A stretch of DNA of 64,000 bases, taken from Vicugna vicugna (Eukaryota). Positions 35,277 to 48,187 of this stretch are shown piece by piece. The stretch is taken from contig MU058226.1 of NCBI GenBank assembly GCA_013265495.1, forward strand, positions 520,741 to 584,740, read 5' to 3'. Both the position numbers and the translations under genes were made by a program. Every line of letters starts with the position of its first letter. The stretch's first letter is position 1. Under the pieces are notes generated by a model that saw only the letters and a program-made list of their open reading frames with translations, had not been told where the DNA came from and made no database searches.

Positions 35277-38139
35277 CCACCACCCCGCTGCGGGGGCTGA
35301 ATCTAGAGGTGGCTCTGGCTAAGTCCGACACTTACCGGATGAGGCTACAGGAAAGGAGACCTGGCTGGGTCTTGGAGTCATTGGGAAGAGGAGGAGGAGA
35401 TCATAATGGTGGTAACATCTAGGAGAGTGAGGCAACTGGGGAAGTGGTTTCTGAGAGGCAGAGGTGGCTGAAATCTGCAAATAGGTCTACAAACCTGATC
35501 CCCAGTGACCCTGCCAATAATGTTGCTGTGTGTAGCTGAGGGAGGGGCTGTGGGAGCCAACACTGGGAACGAAGAAGCAGTGAAAGACCAGCCAGGTGGC
35601 TGTCTCTAGAGGAGGTTGGTGAGACCAGAGCTGCTCCTGGCGAGGAATCTCCTCTGCTGGGGAGAGTGGCAGTGATCTGGGTGCTTCTGAGGTTGGGCTG
35701 CTAACACTTAGCTGCTCAGAGCCCTTCCCTGTGGCTTTTGACTGCACTCAGCCCCAGTCACACCTCCGTGGAGATTCTTTAAAAAAAAAGTTTTCCCAAT
35801 CTGAATATGCGTAGTTTACTGTACAGCAATCATACCACAATAAAGGTGTTAAAAAAAAAAAAAAGAGGAGAAAGCTTAAACAAACAAACCAAGAAGGAGA
35901 AAAAGTTTCCAACAATAGCAACAACAACCAAAAAAAAAAAAAAAAAAAAAAAGGAGGAGAAATCCTCCAAAAGAAAAAAAAAGCTTTCCCAGCTCTCATT
36001 TTTCTCTGGTGGCTCTGGTACTAGGCCCAGCCCACTGCCTTCTCCCTGACTCATTTTGTCTGTTCATTTGGCAGGGCTCAAGGGCCTACAAGAGAATCCC
36101 TCCTTCTGATTTTTTTTTAACGCAAGTTATTTCCTCCTTCTGATTTAATTAGAAGAGTCTAGATTTTCTTTTTTAGCTGGAGAAAGGCGAATCAGATGTT
36201 TTAGTTAATTTTCTAAAGCAGCATCTCCGCTACTCAGGCAGTTCTAAGACAAAATCATTGTCACGTGGCTGGACCACGTCCTCCTGCTTCTGTCCAGCGC
36301 TGCCTTTTTTCCACCCCTGGGTACCACCGCTGGTGAGTGGGGTTCAGTGAGGTCCTCAGGCAGGAGGCTGGGGCATTTCCAGGGGTCCAGGAAGGTTTCG
36401 GTGTCACTCAAGTGTCTGTTCAGGACTGTCCTTCCCCTTTCTTCCCAATTCCGGCCTCTTCTAACAGGGAGTTTCCAGGAGGCTGTGCTCAAGGGGCCTC
36501 AGTCCCTGGAGTTAGGGACATTTTTCTAGTGACCAGAAGCTCTAGGAAGGGTCCCCCCAAAACAAGTACTTTTACTTGTTTTCTATATTAAGTAATTCTG
36601 TAACTGCATGGCAATCTTAAAAAAATTTATTTTTTTCCAAAAAAGCAGCATGTCCTACTGTAAATCTCCACTTCCATGTCACTGGCCAGAATTACATCAG
36701 ATGGGCACCCCTGACCAACCACTGGAATGAAGGTGGGGTTAATCACCTAAGCAATGATGTCAACCACATATACTTTGAACTTATATGGTTATGGTATATA
36801 CTGTTCCCATTGTTTCAATGGTCACTCAGAATTCTTTTAAATGAGGGCTGTTTTTTTCCCCTAATAGTCTAAGGTTAATTGGTATTTTGGGGGCAGAGTG
36901 GAGGTAAGAAGGTTTATTTATTTCTTTTTTTAGAGGAGGTACTGAGGCTTGAACCTAGGACCTCGTGCATACTAAGCATTTACTGTACCACTGAGCTATA
37001 CCCTCCCCCCTCCAGTGTTTTATCTTATCTTCCTCTTGAAGAGAAGATACTTAACAGGCTTTACCTTTTCTCTGAATGACTTCCCTCCAAACCCAACTTT
37101 AATAGCGTGATGGAGTTTTGGATGCAGTAATAAGCCATGTGAAAATCAGGGAAACACAGCAAGATACGCTTTGTAGTGCAGGAACCATCTTGTTCTGCAG
37201 CAGAGCTGGAGCAGAGTGCCTGGTCTCTGACTCTAGGGTGATAGGAGCCAGGTGAAAGAAAATGTTGGATATGGTGTTTCTGCTAAAACAACCCCTTTAT
37301 ATGGGTCAGCATTTTGCCTGGTTACATTTTGTAAAGCTTCACTAAAGCTCAGGTGAACACTATAACCTAACCTTTTCTCACTCCACTCTGGTCTTTACAT
37401 CCTGCCATGTAGCTCAGAACAGTCATTGTTGCTGATGCTTAAAAGGAAACTCAAGAGGAGTGACTCTCAGTCTCAAGTCAAGTTAAGGGAAGAGGAGGTC
37501 TAGAGCCGTCTTCTGAAGCCTCGTTGGGTCCATGTTCTAGGATGAGTTGAGAACAGTCACTCATGTCACTCAGCTGCTGCCCTGTCCTTTTCCATGGACA
37601 AAAATATATGACAAGATCAGTGAACTGAGAGTTCCATGCCCAAACATGGCTTGGTACTGGACTGGTAGAGACAAGGGATTGAAAAAATAAGTCCAAACTC
37701 CTTCCCTGGAAAATCTGAGTCTTACGGTCTTGTTTCCTGGTATCCCAGTTGATTCTTACCTTTACATGCTTTGTGTGATGTTTCTTCTTCCTCTAAATGC
37801 CAATTATCACAGCAACAAATACAAAAACAGTAGCCATGAATCTCTGCCACAATCCCTAAATTGCGGGCATGCCTGAAATGGGATTGTTACACTGAAGATT
37901 TCTGCATGCCCTCTCTCTTTCTCTCTCTGTTTCTTCAAGAGAGGAAATAAAAACATGGAGCAATGCCTTCAAAATTCAGAAGGAAGAATCCTGGCACGGA
38001 ATTCGTCACCTAGCCAAACGATCCATCAAGCCAAAGAATAATACATTTTGAAGTACCTATCGTGTACTTTAAATATGCTCATAAGAAACCACTAAAATAT
38101 TAATTCCACCAAAATGAGAGAAGGTGTAAAATAGAGGAA

Positions 38140-38620
38140 GTGTGCATATCCACATTAATTGCAGCATTTTTCACAAAAGCCAAGAGGCGGAAGCAACCTG
38201 TTTGTGCATTGACAGATACATGGATAAAGAAAATGTGGTATACACGTATAATTGAATATTATTCAGCTGTAAAATGAAGGAAATCTTGTCATTTGCATGG
38301 ATGAGCTCTCAGGACATTATACTGAGTGAAATAAGCCAGTCACAGAAGACATACTGCATGATTCCACTTACATAAGGTACCTAAAGTAGTCAAACTCTTA
38401 GAAACAGAAAAGATAATAGTGGTTGCCAGGGACCAGTGGGGAGAGAAGCCTGGAGAGTTTTTGTTCAATAGATAGAGAGTTTCAGTTTTGCAAGATGAGA
38501 GAGTTCTAGTGATCTCAATAATTTATTTATTTAATATTTAACACCACTGTACTGTACACTTAAAAATGGTTAAGTGCTAAATATTACCTTATGTGTTTTT
38601 TTACCACAATAAAGTTACTT
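38140..38620 (+). mobile_element. LINE-1 3' end (old L1M-type)
   Basis: tggataaagaaaatgtggtatac…gaaataagccagtcacagaag…tacacttaaaaatggttaag…aataaa. Confidence 0.75.
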
Positions 38621-38677
38621 AACCCTATTACTCATTGTAAAAGAAAACACATTAATTAATTAAAATGTATTCATGTG

Positions 38678-38807
38678 AGGGGAGGGCATAGCTCAAGTGG
38701 TAGAGCACATGCTAAGCATACTCAAGGTCCTGGGTTCAATCCCCAGTACTGCCTCTAAAAACAAATAAGTAAACCTCATCACCTTCCCCTACAAAAAAAT
38801 TTCTTTT
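38678..38807 (+). mobile_element. Vic-1-type SINE
   Basis: 14-bp TSD AATGTATTCATGTG (38664-38677, 38808-38821). Confidence 0.9.
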
Positions 38808-41771
38808 AATGTATTCATGTGGATTTACCATTAAAAAAAAAGAGAAGAGAAAGAAGTAGACTACAGAAGACTGGACATACAACACAGAAGAAAGACGCAA
38901 GATACTTTCTACCTCAGCTACCAAACACGGACCAGCAGAATCAGCACTGCATGAAAACCAAGCTCACAGTTCCCATCCTTGGCACTCTTAATCAATCTGC
39001 ATCTTAGTAGGATGCCCAGGTGACGCCACTGCACTTAAAAACCCTGCCAAGATGGCGGTGGAGGGAGATCCCTAGGAGGGTGGCTCTGCTCCAGATGTAG
39101 AAGAATCCAGCCCAGGTGGGAACACGTCAGAAGGGCCCAGGAGGGATAGTTCTAAGAAGGAAAAATTGATAGAATACCCAAAGTATCCTCACTTCTTGAA
39201 AGAGTCATCCAAATAGAAGAAATGGCAAAGTTGAATTAGTGACAGCTACGTAGAAAATAATCAGACGAAAACAAAGGCAATTATTAACTCCAGGGAGAAC
39301 AAGAGGTTGTGCAGAAAGTGAGAAGTAGTAGAGTTTACATACGAGAGCATTAGTCATGGAAAAGAAAACACTGAGTCAGCTAAACATGATTCCCATTTAA
39401 ATATACTGGGAAAAAGAAGGAATGGGAAGAATGAAAGGAAACAATGACTATTAACTATTGCATCAGCCACTGTTGTGATGCAACCGACAGTGGCTGCAGC
39501 AGAAAAATCAAGCAGCAGTAGTAAAGGCATGGTGTTTAGAGATTTGGAAGTAAAAGCCAAAGGAATCAGCTGAAAAATATTGAAAGCAGTCACCTCTGGG
39601 AAGGCAGAAATTGAGAGGAAACAGACAGGACTACAATATAGTACATTTCATGAGAAATCTTGTGCAGATATTTGACTCCTTAACTTACAGGCAATTGTGC
39701 CTTTGATTAAAATAACCACAAAAAAATTGAATGGGTATAAAATTTTATGCTTAGTGACAACTGACGACAACAAATGATACTTGTGAACTGACTAAAAAGC
39801 AAGAATACTCAAATGGAAACATACATGCACAGGTGTGTGGATGGCATCAATCCTGAATAAAAACGTGAAAGAATTTGTCAATATACACAAAGCTGGGTAA
39901 ATAGATGGGTGAATGAATTCTTTATCCCAGCCACCTTACCGTGCACCTTATGAACCAGGGAGAGAGGGAACAGTACCTGACTAGGACCCTTCATCATCAT
40001 CTTGCTTCCAGGCAGGTCCTGCTGCAGAAGGCACTCCCCTCAGCTGCTTCCAGTCTGTGGGAGGTCCCCCCTAGCCCACTCTGCCATCAGTGCTTTACCT
40101 GGGCGGGGCTAAGTTTGTCCTGACTGGAAAAAGCACTACGCACACGCATGCCCCAAGACCAGAAGTTAGGAAGGACTAAGCATCAGGTGGATAAATATCT
40201 CACCTCCCCATTTGCCTTGCAGAAATCATTCTGAACTGATGGAGAGACATGCTGATGTATGACTGATTCACTCACATTCCGTGTTCCTTTACTCTCTCAT
40301 CAGCCTAGTCCTCAGCAGTCACTTCACCCCAGGAGCAGACAGACCCCTATTCTTATAATCAGGAAACCCCAAAGCAACGTCCCTGTCCCCTCCCCTAATG
40401 TCACTCTTCAGCTCTGCTTCATCACATGAGGGTTCCAACTATTCAGGGAAGATTTCCCCCTCAGGGGCAGCCCCTGAACATTGGCCCAGGCGTTCCATTG
40501 CATCTTCTCCCAGCCCTGTATGCTTCTGTTGTGACTCTGTCAGTCACTGGGAGCTGGAGGGGTCAGGGGGAGCAGAATTTTCAGTGCTGCCTCGAGGCAT
40601 GGAGATATACCTCTCCTTCTCTGATATCCCTTTCCAGACCCAGGAAATAAAACATAGACCAGATATGTGTGTTTAAAGAGCATTAAAATTTATAACGTGA
40701 AATTATAAAGATACTGCAGAGTGAAGTAATGGATATACAAGTGCGACGGGGGTGAAGGGAACATCAGGTTTCCAGAAACCTACAATAAGTCTCCTCAGGA
40801 GGAGCGGCAATGAAGGAATTTACAGATAAATCTTATTTATAATAATATAACCAGTCCATTTAATATATTACTCTAATATAATAAGAATAGTGTTAAATAG
40901 TGTGGAGCAGCTGGAAGCACCTCATATATATTCCAGTTTTAGTCCTATGAACCTCACTTGGAAATAAACAGTTTTTCTCATTTTGTGGATGAGGAAACTG
41001 AGGTATCAAGAGGGAAATTTCCAGTCAGACCAGAGTGGGGAGCTGAATTTAGGCCTCCCAGGTGCAGAATCTAAGCTCCCGCAGTTGAATTGATCTGACT
41101 ACGAAGACTTAAATTCCAGTTGTGAGGCTACTACGGCGGTGTGGAGCCAGGTCTTGTAGGCTAATGTGCTCTGGAAAAAAAGAGAAACCAATAAATAAAT
41201 GACCAACTGGTTGCAGAATATTGCTTTCTATTCCCTTAGAGATTCTCCTTCAGTTGCTCCAAAATCAGACTCTGCCTTTCTCCGAGGGACGACGACACTC
41301 CTCCTTTGTTCCCGCTCACCCCACTGTCCCCCGCCCTGGCTGGAATCCTCCCCTGCCTCCCTCAACATCATCACCTGTCCCTGCTTCCAGAACCCTCCAT
41401 GCAAGGGACAAAAGTCCACAGGACTAGAGGACAAGATCCAGGAGTGGACACTTCAGTCCAGATGCCTCCCTCGACCTGGTGCCAGGCTGCCCACCAGACA
41501 GACCCTGGCTCCATGTTCCTCCAGGCCTGGGAATGGACACACACACAACTCCTTTCTCTCCTCACTTCTCAGGCCGCTTCACCTGCGCCAGCACCTGCAT
41601 CTCAGGCCCTGACCTCCCACCTGCAGCCCAGCCTCCTGCCTTCCCCAGGCCCTGAGCCAGTAGCTCCTCACTGGAAAGCCCACTGGGAAGCCCAGGTGAC
41701 CTGCAGGCCCAACTAGAAAAACTGGGCCGCCCCAGGCTCTGTACCTGACCTGACCCTGGAGCAGCCCCTGC

Positions 41772-41965
41772 TCACAGAGGCCTGGCCCCGCCCCGCCCCT
41801 CACTCCCCACCCAGGCTCTCGGGCTGCACTTGGCCTTCCCTGCTCCTTCCTGGTCCACTGGCTCCTGAAATCTCAACTCCACCCCAAGTGCTGCTGCTTG
41901 GCGAAGCTGCACGTCCCTCCTGCCCTGTTCCAAGCAGGGATTCAACCAGGACCTGCCCTCACTAC
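41772..41965 (-). other. Vestigial MIC cytoplasmic exon 6 (now 3' UTR)
   Basis: Acceptor CCCCTACAG|GTAGTGAGGGCAGGTCCTGG… resembles MICA exon 6 (GCAGGTCCTGG; LRFQ versus LGFQ). It is in frame with exon 5 beyond the TGA. Confidence 0.65.
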
Positions 41966-42405
41966 CTGTAGGGGACCTGCTTCTCAGTGTGGCTAGACCT
42001 CTGATTCCAGGATCACCTAGACCCTCGCAACCAGCACATGATCCAACACATCCCCCTAGATGAGGCCTGGCGGGCCTGAGAGTAGCAAGAAAGGGATGAA
42101 AACAGAGCACACAACCGTCACTGCCACCCAGTCTCATCCAGAGCAAGGAGAGGCCCCAGCCAGACTCTAAGGGCCCAGCCTAGCCCTGGCTTTGAGCGGG
42201 GCTGAGGGCTTAAAGCAGATGTGGCTCCCATTCCCCTCACAAATGTCCATCACCCACTTCTTGTTGCAGAGGCTTGTTATCTTCTCGTTTCTGTGCAGAG
42301 GGGCATCTAGGGGACCCTACATCCTAGGCAGAGCACCCCGCTTCCCTCCCTCTGCCCAGATTTCTTACCTGGGCTCTCCACAGCTGATGTCGTCGTCTTC
42401 TTGGA

Positions 42406-45400
42406 TCAAAACATGATGGAAATAACACAAACCACAGCAGCAGCCAGAATCAGCCATGGGCTCCAGTGCATCAGGGTATTTCCTGGGAAAGAGCCTTCTT
42501 ATAATCCTGGCTCCCTCTCCCCGACCCTGGTCTCTGACCCTCCCAGGGATCACCCCAGCCTCACCAGAGGACGCAGGGTGTGCACTGTGATTCCCGCTGT
42601 GGTCCTCGTGGCACGTGAACCTCTGCTTCTCTCCTTGGGGAATATTTATGGTCACCCAGGTCCAGTAAGTTCCGTTCCCATCAGGCAGGACACCCCCAGA
42701 CTGCTGGGCATCCTGGTTCACGCGGTCCTCATCCTGAAGCCAGGCCACTGAGATATTCCGGGGAAAGAAGCCAAAAGCCCAGCAGGACAGGTTGACCCTG
42801 CCCTCCAAGGCCTGGCTGAGGGTCACGTTCACTGCTGGAGGCACTGGGAGCACAGGGCCAGTGAGGCTTGTGGCCACACCCTGCTCCCCTCTAAGGGAGA
42901 CGAGAGAATGGGGCTGCTCCCCACTACCTCTCCAACTCTGGCTGAGCCCTCACCCACCCCAGCCCTTCTCCAAGTCTGCTCGACACCCTGGGGCCCAGTT
43001 CCTTTAGACAGGCAGGAGGATGGGCCGAGACTGGATCTACATGTGATGCTGAGGAGGGAGATGTGAGGGCTGGGCTCTCAGGGACCAGGAGGGAACCTGC
43101 TGTGACAGAAAGGCTGGGAGCCAGGGGGCCGACCCCCAGTCTAGGAGCTTCCTCTCCTGCCTGACACCCACCTTCCCTGGGACAGTTTTCTGTCAGAGGG
43201 CCCGCTGCTTCCCTGGATTACTGTCACTGGGATGGTTCCTTCCCCTCCCCTCCTGTACCTGCCCGTCTCTCTACAGATGTTTAACAGAACAGCAAATCGC
43301 AACACAACATGCCAATGCGACATACATGCACCCGGACTGTAGGGAGGGTTTCTGTGGGCAGAGCTGGGGCGGGGAGGCTCCAGGGGTCTGGGACAGGAAG
43401 GCCCCGGCCCAGGGTCAGTACCTGTTCTGTCCGTGAAGCCCATCCGGGACTCCACGTAGCTCTGCAGTCTTGCACAAAGCTCTCCCTGCACATGGGCCCG
43501 GTAGTGCTTGCTTTGAAAGCCATCCGTGTCCCAGGACTTCTTGATTTCCATGGCCAAGGTCTGATCCAGGGACTGGGGCACTCTACATCCATGGGTCTCC
43601 AGGTGACAGGAGAGGAAGAGCTTCCCATCATAGCAGATACTCCTGAAGCCCCTGGCCTGGCCATCTTCTCGGATTTCACAGCCCACAGTCTCCTGCAGGG
43701 AATGCAAGCCTGCCCCCACCGAGCAGTGACCCTCCGGTTCTGGTTCCATGTCCTTCTGCCCTTCGGCCCAAGTGAGAAATTCCAGCCAGAGGGCTCCCTC
43801 TCTGCTGCCCTCCATGTCTTCCCTGTGCGGGCTGAGTCATGGTCACCTCCCTGCTGACTTCACAGACCCCCCTTCCTCAGCATTCCCCTCCCCCACCAAA
43901 TCCAGGGAAAAGAGACAGATCCCTGTTCTGGGCCCAGACTTGCCTGGGAAATGCCTCACAGCACTTTCGCCCCTTCCCCACTCTCACCTCCTTTCTCCTC
44001 CTGCAGGGACATTGTTTCTGCCAGAAGTTGTCTGAGGTCCCTTCCATTCTCTGTCAAGTCCTTGATCTCTGTGTCCCACGTCTCAGCTGCAAAGTCTTCT
44101 GCCCACGGTCCCTGGGGCTCTGCCCTGCCCTTCCCACTGTCATAGTGCAGGAAGGCCTGACCATCCAAGCGTCCCTCAGCTGAAAAGCTCGGCTGCACAA
44201 ACCCGTCCTGGCACAGCACTGTGAGGCTGTAATGGAGACTGTGCGATCCTGGGGAGGACGGAGTGCAGGTGAGACTGCTTTCTGGAAACGAGGGCCCATC
44301 AAATGTTGAACAGAAAGGTTCTGCTGTCCTGACCTTCTCCAGATCTCAAGGATGCACAACAGGCATGTGTACCGAGGGACGAGAATGAGGATTTCCACAC
44401 AGGAATAAAAGGAAAGGAGAAAGGAAGGAGCTAGGAACTGAGGAATGAATTGGGGGAGGAGGACAGAGATGGCAAACATGTAGGACAGGTGCCAGGACAG
44501 GGCAACACTGGCTCCCTAAGGGTCCAGGTAAGAGGTCCGGGGAGAGGCTGGCCTGCGGAGGAAGGGAGAGGCAGAGAGAGGCAAGAAGACCAGGGTGAGG
44601 GGAGGTGGACCAGAAGGGAGGCAGGGGCCCTAGCAGGCCCAGGATCAGAGGGGCCCACCTGGCAGAGGGCTCCTTGGTCAGGGGTGGGTCAGGGGTGGGT
44701 CAGGGTGAGGTGGAGAGCGAGGCCTGCTGTCTGTGGTGAAGGCTCACTGGGGACAAGGTGGAGTCAAGGGAGGGTGAGGCAGGAGGCAGAGGGGCCTGCG
44801 GGGCTGGCTTGTGGCACTAACAGAGTTTCAGGTAGGCCAGTGCCCCCCGGGGGAGCTGAAGGAGGGGGTCTGGGTCCAGAGTGCAAGAGGCATGGTGAGG
44901 CCCCACTTAGGGAGGGGAATAAACCTGCCAGTGTGCCCTGGGGAGAGGTAGGTGTTGAGGGATTCAAAGGGTCAATGCAGTGTGCCCAAGGACCATCTAG
45001 AATTAGAAGGAGGGGCTGGCAAGAGAAAATAGAACTTCAGTGCCTAGTGCACATTGGAAAGGACCTACATGGTGGGAGTGGTTTGGGGGGCAGGTCTTAC
45101 CCCACAGAGGGGTAGGGTCAGACATCCAGTGCAGGAGGGGTGGTGCTGGGAGAAGGCCCCTGTAGGGAAAGGCCAGCCCACCAGGTGGCATAAACAAGGA
45201 CTTTGGATACATGATTGAGGTAGTGATAGCTCACTGGGGTCAAGGGACCAAAGAAGATATTGAAGGCCAAGGAGCTGGGCAGTTGGACCAAGGATTCTTT
45301 CAGGGGGAAGGGTTGCAGAGGGGATCATGCCTGGGATTGGGGTACAGGGGATGAGTGGGGCTCAAGGGTGACTCTGGGAGACCTTGGGTTAGGGTGAAGA

Positions 45401-48002
45401 CAGAACAGGAGGAGTGCTCTGGGTGAGGGACCTTGAGAATACTGGTTCCCAGAGGAGGGGGCTTGTGACTGATGAGAACTTGGTGAGGGTCCAAGGCAGG
45501 TGGGCAGGGGTGGGAGCAGGGTAAGGTGCCATAGGGGGAGGTGCAGAGGGACCAGGGCAAGTGCAGTCCAGCACCTGTGGGGTGGAGAGTGGAGGCCTCA
45601 AGAGGGTGAGTTCAGCAGCATGCACAAAAGTAAACTCAAAATGGCTTAAAGATTTGAATGTAAGACAAGACACTATAAACTTAAGCCTCTTAGAAGAAAA
45701 CATAGGCAAAACATTATCTGACATAAATCTTAGCAGTGTTCTCCTAAGGCAGTCTACCCAGGCAATAGAAATAAAAGCAAAACTAAACAAATGGGACCTA
45801 ATTAAACTTATAAGCTTTTGCACAGCAAAGGAAACCATAAACAAAACAAAAAGACAACCTACGGAATAAGAGAAAATATTTGCAAATCATGTGACTGACA
45901 AGGCTTAATTTCCAGAATATACAAACAGCTCATATACTTTAATAACAAAAAAAGAAACAACCCAATCCAAAAATGGGCAAGACCTAAACAAGTAATTTTC
46001 CAATCAAGGTATACAAATGGCCAATAAGCGCATGAAAAAATGCTCAGTATCACTAATTTTTGGAGAAATGCAAATCAAAACTACAATGAGGTATCCACAC
46101 CAGTCAGAATGGCCATTATTAAAAAGCCCACAAAAGATAAATGCTGGAGAGAGTGTGGAGAAAAGGGAACGCTCCTACACTGCTAGTGGGAATGTGGTTT
46201 GGTGCAGCCGTTATGGAAAACAGTATGGAGATCCCTCAAAAAAACTAAAACTAGACTTACCATGTGATCCAGCAATCCCTGGGCATATATCCAGAGGGAA
46301 CTCTAATTCGAAAAGATAAATGCACCCCAGTGTTCATAGCAGCACTACACACAATAGCCATGACATGGAAACAACCTAAGTGTCCACTGACAGGTAATTG
46401 GATAAAGAAATTGTGCTGCATCTTCTTTGTCCATTTATCTTTTGACGTGCACTTGGGATGCTTCCATGGCTTAGCAACTGTAAGTAGTGTTACTATTAAT
46501 GGTGGGGTGTGTGTATCTTTTTGAAGTAGTGTTTTTGTTTTTCTTAGATGTATGCGCAGGAGTGGAATTGCTGGGCCATGTGATGGTTCTGTTTTTGGGT
46601 TTTTAAGAAACCTCCATATTGTTTTCCATAGTGGCTACACCAATTTACATCCCTACCAACAGTTTTCAAGGGTTCCCTTTTATCCACATCCTTGTCAACA
46701 TTTGTTATTTGTGTTCTTTTTGATCATGGCCATTCTGACAGGTGTGAGATGATATCTCGTTTTGATTTTGATTTGCATTTCCCTGATATTAGTGATGAGA
46801 AGTTTTTCATATTCTTGTTGGCCATCTACATTTCCTCTTTTGGAAAAACGTCTGTTCAGTTATTTTGCCCATATTTTAAATGGGTTGTTTGTTTGCTTTT
46901 TAATTGAAGTACAGTTGATTTAAAATGTTGTATTAGTTTCTGGTGCACAGCATGGATGGACTTGGAGGGCATTGTGCTGGGTGAAATGGGCCAGACAGAG
47001 AAAGACAAGTACTCTAAGACATCACTTACATATGGAATCTAAAAAAGTACAACAAATACAACAAACTAGTTGAATATAACAGAAAAGAAACAGACTGGCA
47101 GATGTAGAGAAGGGACGAGTGGTTACCAGTGGGGAGAAGGAAGGGGGAGGGGCAAGATGGAGGTGGAGGATTAAGAGGTACAAACTATCTGGTCTAAAAT
47201 AAGCTATAATATTGTACATCAACTATACTTCAATTTAAAAAATATGATATTGTAAAATAAATATATAAATAAAATTTTAAGTGGTTTTAAAAAACTCAAA
47301 AAGGAAAGAAAAAAAGAAAAGAAATGTGGTCGGCACTTGGGCCCTTCCTGGAGCTCCCTAGTCACTAAAAAAAGGCCTTAAGTCCAGGGACTGAGGTTCC
47401 TGGAGCACTGTCTGCCTGGAATTTCCTTTTACCCACAGGCAGCGCAGGGAAGAAGGCTGGGCAGAAAACAGCAAGAAAAAACAGTGCTCAGGCATCTGAG
47501 AGGGCAAAATCCCCCTCAAACGGGAAGGAATTGGTAAACTCCAGCATCGGGGTTGGGGGAGCGGCGTCGTCGGGGTGATGGTGGGGGGAACACGGGTGTG
47601 GGGGCAGCCTTCCGACCCAGGGGTGTCAGAGGACTCAGGTCTGAAGAAGAGGAAGGAGGGAGGGACGGTGGGTGCAGCCCGAAAAGAAGCTGGAAAGAGT
47701 GCAGAAGCCAGACTGAGCTGTGACGGGAACAGGCGGCACCCGGCTTCCGGCCCCCTCCCCGACCTTACCCTACCTCTCCCCATCTCCCCCAGCTCTTACC
47801 CCGTTCCCCGCTCCCCGCTCCCCACCCGCGCCGCACCGCCAGTGAGTCGGTCCCCTCGACGCTCAAGAATTCCACGGGACCCCTGAAGCCGCCCCAGGCT
47901 CCCGGCTGCGAAGCTCAATGAACCCCACTCACCGGCTGTGGCACCTGGGGTTAAAAGAAGGACAACAACGGCTGGAAACATCAGGACAAGGAGAAGCCTC
48001 AA
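42406..48002 (-). CDS. MHC class I chain-related (MIC-family) NKG2D ligand; exons 48002-47933, 44248-43988, 43709-43422, 42843-42565, 42482-42406 (stop); 324 aa from TTG or 317 aa from ATG 47981
   Basis: alpha1 [16 protein letters not shown]…LDGQAFL…PQGPWAED…[17 protein letters not shown]; alpha2 [16 protein letters not shown]…YDGKLFLS…QTLAM; alpha3 VPPAVNVT…[12 protein letters not shown]…[13 protein letters not shown]. All align with MICA/MICB. Phase-1 GT-AG introns; exons of 70/261/288/279 nt. Orthology to MICA versus MICB cannot be assigned. Confidence 0.9.
45620..47320 (+). mobile_element. Composite LINE-1 insertion in MIC intron 1 with an internally inverted segment
   Basis: 45620-46410 is sense ORF2 ([15 protein letters not shown]…[16 protein letters not shown]); about 46415-46950 is antisense; about 46950-47320 is sense 3' UTR with an A-rich tail. 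Confidence 0.85.
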
Positions 48003-48187
48003 GGCCTAGACTTTTCCAGCCTCCCGGAGGCTGCAACCCAGCAACAGAAGGCGCCGGGACGGAGCGCTCAGTGCGGCAGTCCTGAGCAACTCCACAAGTT
48101 AGCCTGAAAGCACGCCTCCCGGCCTGGCTGGGAGACTAAACTGCAGCCACTGACTCAGCCACGGGGGCGGGGCAGGGACCGCGGGGA
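48003..48187 (-). promoter_or_regulatory. MIC CpG-rich proximal promoter/5' UTR
   Basis: GC box GGGGCGGGGC (about 48164-48172) and AP-1 TGACTCA (48151-48157). CpG-rich from about 47730 to 48190. Confidence 0.65.

Noticed and set aside
35781..35990. Lys-rich and Phe-rich ORFs over multiple poly(A) runs
   Set aside because: An L1 3'-end fragment with expanded A-rich tail between aaaaaaaaag(t/c)tttccc duplications; low-complexity artefact.
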